Shown one piece after another: positions 56,413 through 64,000 of a DNA stretch of 64,000 nucleotides. The stretch comes from an uncultured virus (IMG/VR IMGVR_UViG_3300027801_002629) (lineage: Duplodnaviria > Heunggongvirae > Uroviricota > Caudoviricetes): the IMG/VR virus record IMGVR_UViG_3300027801_002629; one strand, written 5' to 3'. The notes under the pieces are model-generated. The model was not told where the DNA came from and ran no database searches. It was given only the letters and a program-made list of their open reading frames with translations. Both the position numbers and the translations under genes were made by a program. Every line of letters starts with the position of its first letter. Positions within the stretch are counted from its first letter, which is position 1.

Positions 56413-57557
56413 CAGTACTCCTCAAATTCTGGCCATAAGTTGAGAAAGTTTGTTCCCCTGGACTTATCCATGTTTTTTAATTTATCAAGTAATACTTTAA
56501 ACATTTGATGATCACCTTCTGGTGATTCTAAAACACCATTTACTGTAGAAAATTTATATTGTTTAAGTTTTTCTATATAATATTTTTTAATTTTTGTAGG
56601 TAAATTTAGTGGATTATATCTTGGTGGAATTTTTACAATATTTTCTGGACACACTTCTATATTCAGTTGTTGACCATAATCATGTAGTTCACCCAAATAT
56701 CCAACATTTAAGGATTGAATTGTTGGATTTATTTCTACACGAAATTTACCTCTACCTACATCATGCATCAATAAAATATAATCTAGTAAGTGTTTTTCTT
56801 TACTACCCCACTTAGTGTTCTCTCTAATATATTCATCCCTTTCACCATATGCATCAATAGAAACATTCAGGCTCACCTGTCTAAAATACGGCAAATATTT
56901 TTCAAATTTTGATACTGGTGCAGTTCCATTGGTGTTAAAATATATTTCTAGATGTGAATGACCCATATCTATACACCATTGAATTACTTTTAAACATGAA
57001 TTTTTTAATAGAGTAGGTTCTCCTCCAGAAAATTGTAAAACTTGACAGCTTGGAAGTATCTTATTTAAGTCATCATAAAAATCATCAGAAAAATCCGGAT
57101 CATAAACATATCCACCAATCAATGAAGAACTACGTGGATTACACATTATACATTTTAAATTACAAGTATTTCCAACTGCAATTTTGAAAAACTGCATGGA
57201 AGGCTCTAGATATTGAGTAAAATCTTCTTTAACTATGTTATAATTTTTTTCTAAAATTAAATTATTCCATCCCTCATCACCACGTTCTTCCAATTCTCGG
57301 GTTCTTTTGGAAGCACCAAAGTTTTTTTCGCTGTCAAGACAAATACCACATACTTCTTGAATGAGTAATTCTTCTTCAGGGTGATCTGTTAAAAATGCTT
57401 TTCTTAAATTTTGGCTATATTCATTATTAAAAAATTCTATAGGAGTTTGTTCATGAATAGAAATTGATGATTTTTTAGATTCACAACATGTACCATATAA
57501 ACCTCCTGGCCTCATTGCGGTATGTACAAAAGGTAATGGACATAACCATTTTTTCAT
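56409..57557 (-). CDS. Radical SAM protein with N-terminal twitch/SPASM domain
   Basis: CPLPF..TCC..CGIC; CNLKCIMC; GGEP; TNG. Confidence 0.88.
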   Translation of the reverse strand: MKKWLCPLPFVHTAMRPGGLYGTCCESKKSSISIHEQTPIEFFNNEYSQNLRKAFLTDHPEEELLIQEVCGICLDSEKNFGASKRTRELEERGDEGWNNLILEKNYNIVKEDFTQYLEPSMQFFKIAVGNTCNLKCIMCNPRSSSLIGGYVYDPDFSDDFYDDLNKILPSCQVLQFSGGEPTLLKNSCLKVIQWCIDMGHSHLEIYFNTNGTAPVSKFEKYLPYFRQVSLNVSIDAYGERDEYIRENTKWGSKEKHLLDYILLMHDVGRGKFRVEINPTIQSLNVGYLGELHDYGQQLNIEVCPENIVKIPPRYNPLNLPTKIKKYYIEKLKQYKFSTVNGVLESPEGDHQMFKVLLDKLKNMDKSRGTNFLNLWPEFEEYC

Positions 57558-58615
57558 AAACTACCTCTCAATTTAAAAAATGGTTTATCTTCATCAGAAT
57601 ATTCGTATAATTTATTTCCACCACCAAAATCCGCTTTCTTATGTAGAGCCATTACTTCATAGTCCAAATTTTTATACGGCGATATAATATCGATCATTTT
57701 TAATATCATATTTTTATACTCTTTATCATACATAAATTTTACTTTGAAAGTTTTACATTTGTCATCTCTGATAGATAAAAAGTTCTGTAGTTTATTTAAA
57801 AATTTATCATTCATATAGGCAAGATGTACACTAAATGTAACATCGCATAACGTATTTAATTTATATAATTTTTTAATATTCCCTGTTAAATTAGTTAAGG
57901 TTCTAATTTGAACATCGCTAAATCTAGTATCAGTATTAATCATATCTAACAAATCAAAATAATGAGGAATTATTGTTGGCTCTCCACCATGCATAATATA
58001 ATCTACTTTTTTGTTTTTTAAATTTTCTTCTCTTGAAATAACTGTATCAGTTATAAATTTATAATCATTTTTTAGTTTCTCTAAAGTAGGATATGGACTT
58101 ATATTATCATGTATGGTAGGAGGACAATAATAACAATCAAAGTTACACCGTTTACTTAAATACCAATCAATATGAATCATCATGTTTTTAATGAATTCAG
58201 ATGCACCAAATGCAAGAATTTTTTCAGTATTATCATATTCTGGAAGATTTTTTAATTGGTCTTCGCTGGTAGAACATTGAACCAAGTCAATTAAATTTTC
58301 TATATCTTTCTTTGTTCTTCCCTTTGGTAGCCAAATATCCTGTCCACAATGACAATTTTCCATAGGACAAACTCCAAAATTTTTATCAAATCCCCCTTGG
58401 CTGTCATCAAATAATTTATAATTTTTATTAAATTTAACCCTTGTTAATCCGCTGCAAACAGTATTACTAATATAACCACTATCGAGAAGTTTTTCATTTT
58501 CAAAATTGTATAAATGATTAGCTGTATTACATATCCAACCTTTCACTTCAGTATGAAATTTTAAATCAACTAATCTGATTTTACGTAATCCTTTATCAGT
58601 ACTAACAGCTAACAT
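57554..58615 (-). CDS. Radical SAM protein with N-terminal Cys-rich region
   Basis: CPMENCHC; CNFDCYYC; HGGEP; TNL. Confidence 0.85.
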   Translation of the reverse strand: MLAVSTDKGLRKIRLVDLKFHTEVKGWICNTANHLYNFENEKLLDSGYISNTVCSGLTRVKFNKNYKLFDDSQGGFDKNFGVCPMENCHCGQDIWLPKGRTKKDIENLIDLVQCSTSEDQLKNLPEYDNTEKILAFGASEFIKNMMIHIDWYLSKRCNFDCYYCPPTIHDNISPYPTLEKLKNDYKFITDTVISREENLKNKKVDYIMHGGEPTIIPHYFDLLDMINTDTRFSDVQIRTLTNLTGNIKKLYKLNTLCDVTFSVHLAYMNDKFLNKLQNFLSIRDDKCKTFKVKFMYDKEYKNMILKMIDIISPYKNLDYEVMALHKKADFGGGNKLYEYSDEDKPFFKLRGSL

Positions 58616-59655
58616 ACATATTCCTTTTTATTGATTTTTGCACCACATACTTTATAACATCTTTCTGGTTTAAGGTCTAGATGCATTTGTACAAGCTGAG
58701 AAAACCAAGGATCTTTTATCACTTCTGATAATCCTTTATTTTTTCCTTGTAATCTATTTAAATCCATATTATTAAACATATTAATTAATTCTTCTTGACG
58801 ATGCCAATTTGCTTGTTTATTAGGTTTATTTACTACAGAAGCATAGAGAAACATTCCTAGATAACAACAGGGTGTTATATAACCCAAGCAATCAATGTAT
58901 GCTTCTTGTCGAGCTTTGGCAAAACACGTAATTTCTTTTTTGTCTGAATATGTTTCTATATTCATTAATTGTTTTTTATTTGGCTCAATTGTTGATCTTT
59001 CAAGTGTATATTTTTTATCCTTATAGATATATTCAAGAGAGTCACCATCCCAAAATCTTTCTGTAGAAATTATATTAAGTTTACTGAAGTTTAATTTCTC
59101 TGACATTTCACGTGCAACATCAATATAGTTTTCATTGTGTTTGAATACAAGATAATCCCAGAATACTTCAAACCCAGCATCTATACACATAGTTGCATTG
59201 TTTATAATTTTATCGAATTTTGTCCCAACTCTATATCTACTATGTTGTTCTTGATTAATTCCATCTATGCCAAAAACAAATCTAATTCTTTTATTATAGG
59301 TATGTAATTTTGTACATAATTCCCACCACCAATCTTCATTATGCATTGACCCGTTAGTATGTAATTCTATTGTAGCCCAATCTTTTTTTTGAGTGTTTTT
59401 TAGAATATAATCACATATGCTTATTATATCTGTAGCTATAAGTGGATCACCGAAATTTCCACAAAAGTTAACTTTTTCTATTGACGCTAAATCGTCTAAA
59501 GAAATAATTTTTTTTATATCTTTTAAGGTTAATTCTTTTTTTAGAATCCAATCTTGAGGTTTTCCTGTTTCTATATTTGTTCTAATACATTGAGGGCATC
59601 TAGCATTACACTTATCTGTTAATTCTATATGTAATTGTTTTATTTTATTATACAT
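58609..59655 (-). CDS. Radical SAM + C-terminal SPASM protein (fused form)
   Basis: CNARCPQC, GNFGDP, HTNGS; C...YIDCLGYITPCCY...CYKVC. Confidence 0.9.
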   Translation of the reverse strand: MYNKIKQLHIELTDKCNARCPQCIRTNIETGKPQDWILKKELTLKDIKKIISLDDLASIEKVNFCGNFGDPLIATDIISICDYILKNTQKKDWATIELHTNGSMHNEDWWWELCTKLHTYNKRIRFVFGIDGINQEQHSRYRVGTKFDKIINNATMCIDAGFEVFWDYLVFKHNENYIDVAREMSEKLNFSKLNIISTERFWDGDSLEYIYKDKKYTLERSTIEPNKKQLMNIETYSDKKEITCFAKARQEAYIDCLGYITPCCYLGMFLYASVVNKPNKQANWHRQEELINMFNNMDLNRLQGKNKGLSEVIKDPWFSQLVQMHLDLKPERCYKVCGAKINKKEYVC

Positions 59656-60245
59656 TATTGTCCTATTACTAAAAATCGGTCATAAGTATTTCGAATCTTT
59701 TTTGAACCGGAATACATTATCTTTTTCAGGGGCAAATACTCAATAAACTCTTCCAAGGTATCTGAACAATTAGTGTGATCTTCTATGTCGTACCAATTAT
59801 TAGATTGTAATGCACAGATCACATTCACAGGTTTGTTTTGTAGAAAAAATTGAAGTTCTTCACGATTAACATGTTCTACAGAAGTAGACACAAAAATATC
59901 AAAATCTTGTAAAGAGTATTCAAATACATTATTTGTATCAAATTTTATATGGGGGAAAATTTCTTTTCCTATATCCTTGTGATGTTGTAGTAAATCTACA
60001 GAAATAATTGAACTTGCATTTTTAAAAGTTTCACTAAGAAGATGTGCCATTAATCCTGTCCAACCACCTCCAACAAGAATTTTTGGATCTTTAAAATAAA
60101 TTTGAGATTTTTGTAATTCTGAAGCTAACCATTCCTTACATTTAATATGATCATCATTTGTTGAATGTATGATATCAAGAATTTGCTCATCATCAATTTT
60201 GTTGTAAATTGTTTGAATGATTCTTTTGTAAATTTCAGTATTCAT
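59655..60245 (-). CDS. Class I methyltransferase-like protein, paralog of 55064
   Basis: VGGGWTG, VDL, STSVEH, QSNN, HTNC. Confidence 0.6.
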   Translation of the reverse strand: MNTEIYKRIIQTIYNKIDDEQILDIIHSTNDDHIKCKEWLASELQKSQIYFKDPKILVGGGWTGLMAHLLSETFKNASSIISVDLLQHHKDIGKEIFPHIKFDTNNVFEYSLQDFDIFVSTSVEHVNREELQFFLQNKPVNVICALQSNNWYDIEDHTNCSDTLEEFIEYLPLKKIMYSGSKKIRNTYDRFLVIGQ

Positions 60246-60256
60246 ATATACTTTAT

Positions 60257-61813
60257 TTAATTTGTCAAGTACCTATTGATATTTTTTTCCAATTTTCCTA
60301 TTTCAAATTGCATAGGGTCATCAAAATATTTAAAATCTAACTCTCTACATTTATCTGCTAATCTTTTATGTCTATCAATTCTTACTGATAAATCATTGTA
60401 AACTTTTCCATCATCATAAATCCAATACATTCTAAATGGAAAATTTCGTGGAAATCTTTTATCTTTTATAAGAAATCCTTTTTTACCATATTCATCCTTT
60501 GCTCTTGTTCTAGGTTTAACTCTCATTAATACACCAATGTACAATGGTTTTAATATATCATCATAAGGTTTAAGTTTTTCTACTGTATCCAAAGTATCCA
60601 AAAATTCTTCTTCTGTTTCTGTAGGATATCCTACAAAAAACATACTTCTAGTTGTAATGTTTAATCTATGACACTGTGCCATAAAATATATCAAATCTTC
60701 TTTTGTATATTTTTTATCCATTTCTTTTAGGGTATCTGTACTTCCACTCTCTATTCCAATTTTTATGTGATGTAATCCACTTTCTCTTAATCTATCCCAC
60801 ATATCTGGCGACATCTGTTTTTTAGCTCTAACAGCAAAATAAGCACTCCAAGCAAATTTAATATTATTTTCCTTTTGGTATTGTAAAAGTCTATCAACGA
60901 TTTGGTTCATTTTTTTTAAATCACCATTTACAATATTATCTACAAAAACAAAATCAGCAACACCATAAGTTTCATAATAATAGATCAATTCTTCTGCTAC
61001 TTTAGTTCCTTCTCTAGCTCTATAGATACCAAACTCTCCACGAACATTACAAAATTTACAATCAAAAATACAACTTCGTGTACCTTCAATAAACAAACTA
61101 GCTACACCCATAGTATTTTCAGCTAATTCATATGCATCTTTTGGATATTGAGTAAAATCAAAATCAGTATAATCTGGATATTCTATTTTACTCAAATCCA
61201 CTTTAGGTGTTCTAGGAGCTTCAAGTTTCCATTTAGGATTATACGTATCTTTATTATAAACACCACTAACATTACTATCGTCTAACAAATTCTCAATACC
61301 ATGTTCTCCTTCTCCCACAACTATCCAATCAAGTATATCCCACCCCAATTCTAATCCAAAGTGTTCAGCAGCTGAACCACCTAATACAGTAGGAATGTGT
61401 GGAGCCCTTTCTTTTAATTTTTCTAAAAGTTTTCTAGCAGTTGATTGGCTTCTTATAAAATGCACACTTATACCAAAAAATCTAGGATTTGCTTCTGCAA
61501 TCAAATCAGCCCATTCTTCTACAATTTTTTCTAAAGTTACATCATAAAAATCCTCAAACATTATGGGGTCTTGCCATAATTGCCATTTATCAGAACCTTC
61601 CCAAAACCTATCTTCATCCGATTGAAAAAATTCTTTATCCTTCTTTAATCTGTGCCATAAGTCTAAATTTAAATCAATACAGTAACATTTTTTTCCTACA
61701 GTTTTAGCAAAAGATTTTATTCTAGCAGGGCCAATAGGTGGCCGTAACTCAATACTTGGAATATTAGCTATAACAATATCTTGGTTTTTAGGTATCTTTA
61801 AACTATATGGCAT
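60257..61813 (-). CDS. B12-binding (class B) radical SAM protein
   Basis: PPIGPA, FGIS, VLGGS, GEGE, RSCIFDCKFC, GIESGS, VGYPTET. Confidence 0.88.
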   Translation of the reverse strand: MPYSLKIPKNQDIVIANIPSIELRPPIGPARIKSFAKTVGKKCYCIDLNLDLWHRLKKDKEFFQSDEDRFWEGSDKWQLWQDPIMFEDFYDVTLEKIVEEWADLIAEANPRFFGISVHFIRSQSTARKLLEKLKERAPHIPTVLGGSAAEHFGLELGWDILDWIVVGEGEHGIENLLDDSNVSGVYNKDTYNPKWKLEAPRTPKVDLSKIEYPDYTDFDFTQYPKDAYELAENTMGVASLFIEGTRSCIFDCKFCNVRGEFGIYRAREGTKVAEELIYYYETYGVADFVFVDNIVNGDLKKMNQIVDRLLQYQKENNIKFAWSAYFAVRAKKQMSPDMWDRLRESGLHHIKIGIESGSTDTLKEMDKKYTKEDLIYFMAQCHRLNITTRSMFFVGYPTETEEEFLDTLDTVEKLKPYDDILKPLYIGVLMRVKPRTRAKDEYGKKGFLIKDKRFPRNFPFRMYWIYDDGKVYNDLSVRIDRHKRLADKCRELDFKYFDDPMQFEIGKLEKNINRYLTN

Positions 61814-63251
61814 ATAACATCTCTAAGTATTCTTGTTTTTTTCTTAGTACATTTTTACTTTTTGCTTCGATACTATCATACTTTTTTCTAAATTCGGCGG
61901 CAGGAGTAAATTTTACAGTTTCCATATCAAAACCCATATTAAATACTCTAAATATTTGATGAGCATTAAAATGATTATGATTTTTAAATCTATTAGTCAT
62001 TTCTTTTTTTATTTCACAAGCTTGTTTAAAATTTAAATAACCGTTATCCCATACAAAATGTCCTTTATTATCTGGTTCTATATTCGTATATCCCCACTTA
62101 TAAGGGTCTACCATTAATCTACTAGTATTAAAATGACTTCCAGACTGACTTGGAATACTTAAAGCATAAACCTCTTTATTATCTAAGGGACAATCTTCAC
62201 TATCCAACCAATCCATAGTTGCTTCTATACTTTCTAGAGGTTCAAATGGCAAACCTATAATAAACCCACTTCCTAAATTTAAGTTACTATTTTCTTTTAT
62301 ATAATGTAAACCTTCTATAGTCTTTTCTCTAGCCATTCCCTTTCCAATAGCAGAGCCTGCTTTTTTATAAAGTGTTTCTATACCGAATTGCATACCAATA
62401 CACCCACTTTCTTCCAATATAGGTAATGTATGTAAATGTGAAATTAATAAATCAGACCTAGCATAAGCAGCAAAATATACTTTAAAAGGTAAACTAGTAA
62501 AAACATCATGCACATACTCACACTTTTCTACGCTATCATTTAATAAATCATCCATTATGTCATAATGTTGTGTACCGAAATTTTCATAATTATAAATCAA
62601 TTCTTCTTTTAAAATAGATTTATCTTTTAGGTGTTTATATGTTTTACCTTTTCCATTGCCAGGATAATAGCAATAACTACATCTAAATTTACACCCTCTT
62701 GCTATTTCTATAGGTAAAGCTTCTTTTGGAAAAATGCAATCTTGTTTTGTAAAAATTGTTCTACTAGTATTAAAATCATCATAAATAAAATCTTCTCCAC
62801 AATTTACAATTAATTGTCCATTAAAATATTTTCCCTTTATAGTATCATTTGCTATATGAATTATGGCTTTATCAGCAAAACCAATTACTAAAATATCAAA
62901 TACTTTTTTTGCTAATTTTGTATATCTAGCAGGGCCACCTCTATTACCACCTAAAATTACCTTTAAGTCATATTTGTTCTTGTATTCCTCTATTAAAGGT
63001 AACATCCATTCTTGGCCAAAAATATAATTAGGATCATCATATAAAAATGTATCACTTACACCTAATATTTTTGTTTCTTTAGTTATAAATTTTTTGAATA
63101 ATTTTGAAGCTTCTTTTTCTGTTAACCTACAAGTAAAATCTATAACTTGTACTGAATATCCTGCCAACCGTAATTCTGTTGCTAATTTATAAGCACCAGC
63201 ACTTCTCATCCAACCTTCAGTATATACATCAGATAATAATACTATTTCCAT
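61803..63251 (-). CDS. B12-binding-type radical SAM protein
   Basis: RSAGAYKLA, ILGG, RGCKFRCSYC, FGIET, IGLPFE. Confidence 0.85.
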   Translation of the reverse strand: MEIVLLSDVYTEGWMRSAGAYKLATELRLAGYSVQVIDFTCRLTEKEASKLFKKFITKETKILGVSDTFLYDDPNYIFGQEWMLPLIEEYKNKYDLKVILGGNRGGPARYTKLAKKVFDILVIGFADKAIIHIANDTIKGKYFNGQLIVNCGEDFIYDDFNTSRTIFTKQDCIFPKEALPIEIARGCKFRCSYCYYPGNGKGKTYKHLKDKSILKEELIYNYENFGTQHYDIMDDLLNDSVEKCEYVHDVFTSLPFKVYFAAYARSDLLISHLHTLPILEESGCIGMQFGIETLYKKAGSAIGKGMAREKTIEGLHYIKENSNLNLGSGFIIGLPFEPLESIEATMDWLDSEDCPLDNKEVYALSIPSQSGSHFNTSRLMVDPYKWGYTNIEPDNKGHFVWDNGYLNFKQACEIKKEMTNRFKNHNHFNAHQIFRVFNMGFDMETVKFTPAAEFRKKYDSIEAKSKNVLRKKQEYLEMLYAI

Positions 63252-63937
63252 GTTCCACTATCCAAAGAAGGATAACTTTCTTGTTCTAAACTTATTTCAT
63301 TGTTAAAATGATTTAAAACAGTATCTTTTTCTAAAGTACTAGTAAAAATCATATGATATCTAGGTAGCTTTACATGACCATTCATAAATGTATGTGTTTC
63401 AGAAGTATCAACATAATATATTGTTCCATCAGCTGGTAAATGAATTATAACTCTATGACGTTGTTCTGGAAAAACAAATAGATTACTTGGATTTGTTATA
63501 ATTGGTAAATGAAATTTATATGTCATATCTCTATGTAATCTATAACATCTTTTTTCGTTAAGTTTAGCAATACGTGCTCTAGTAACAGGTATTGGAAATA
63601 AATTTACAATTTCTTCAAAATATGAATTTTTAAACAAATCATTAATAGTGTCAAAACTATCTTCTGTTAAAGGATTTGTAGAAATATCTTTTGCTAAATC
63701 TGGTTGGGGCCCACAGCTTTGATGATATGGATTATTACTTCCTACCGTTCCATGAATAGCAATTTGGCCATTGTGCCTTCCTTCCTTGTCGCCTTTCCAC
63801 CAACCAATTTCTTCTATTTTAGGAAGAAAATTCTTTAATTCTTTTTGTAATTTTTCAATGTTAATACCAATTTCAAATTTACGTATTAATCCACAATTCT
63901 GTTGCGTCAATTGGGGTCCTATCTTTATTTCTACCAA
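63242..63937 (-). CDS. 2OG-Fe(II) oxygenase, Asp/Asn beta-hydroxylase-like
   Basis: RARI, LHRD, FHLPIITN, HTFMN...RYHM; start uncertain. Confidence 0.75.
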   Translation of the reverse strand: MVEIKIGPQLTQQNCGLIRKFEIGINIEKLQKELKNFLPKIEEIGWWKGDKEGRHNGQIAIHGTVGSNNPYHQSCGPQPDLAKDISTNPLTEDSFDTINDLFKNSYFEEIVNLFPIPVTRARIAKLNEKRCYRLHRDMTYKFHLPIITNPSNLFVFPEQRHRVIIHLPADGTIYYVDTSETHTFMNGHVKLPRYHMIFTSTLEKDTVLNHFNNEISLEQESYPSLDSGTWK

Positions 63938-64000
63938 AATTTTTAAATTCAGAAGTAATGTAATAACTTTTTCTATTTGTATCTTTACTTAACCAAGGGG
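63879..64000 (-). CDS. C-terminal fragment of the upstream gene
   Basis: Open frame ...PWLSKDTNRKSYY...ELWINT-stop running off the window. Confidence 0.45.
   Translation of the reverse strand, partial: PWLSKDTNRKSYYITSEFKNFGRNKDRTPIDATELWINT

Noticed and set aside
624..63992. All plus-strand ORFs in the track (e.g. 2787-3137, 8005-8409, 12779-13192, 18492-18902)
   Set aside because: They are antisense shadows of well-supported minus-strand genes, with no recognisable motifs.
44655..64000. Classical RiPP cluster or 7-deazaguanine (QueE/QueC/FolE/DpdA) pathway
   Set aside because: No precursor peptide, RRE, protease, transporter or Que/Dpd genes were recognisable in the island.
1..64000. Alternative genetic code (stop-codon reassignment)
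   Set aside because: Core genes are full-length under code 11, and TAA, TAG and TGA all terminate genes at tight junctions.

Overview
This is a 64-kb segment of a large, AT-rich T4-like (myovirus-type) bacteriophage, probably aquatic. Every credible gene lies on the minus strand. In transcription order (right to left) there are five blocks. (1) ~44.6-64 kb: a gap-free enzyme island with 11 radical-SAM proteins (SPASM/twitch-type and two B12-binding-type), 2 stand-alone SPASM proteins, 5 glycosyltransferase-like, 2 methyltransferase-like, 1 kinase-like and 1 2OG-Fe(II) oxygenase gene. (2) ~37-44.6 kb: an early region with repeated sigma70-type promoters, two Mom-like DNA-modification GNATs, a vWA/MoxR (CobT/CobS-like) pair and ribosomal protein bS21. 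(3) ~24-37.4 kb: the T4 replication core (gp45, gp44, gp62, regA, gp43, uvsX, gp41), interrupted by a DruA-like gene, a GT-B glycosyltransferase, tRNA-Gly, dUTPase, hsp20, an M15 peptidase and an unannotated 29-aa 9-Cys metallothionein-like peptide. (4) ~21.6-24 kb: small accessory genes, including a Usg protein with no AUG start and an Rdx-like protein. (5) ~0-21.5 kb: a late-promoter region with about 13 unrelated ORFs sharing a T4 internal-protein-like N-terminal capsid-targeting leader (MKTFKE..E), structural genes, an IscA-IscA-IscU Fe-S assembly cassette, and a membrane/lipase/cytochrome-c module. The most notable candidates are the radical-SAM/glycosyltransferase island with its own Fe-S supply, and the array of putative capsid-packaged effector proteins. 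All family calls come from motif recognition by eye; no database searches were run.
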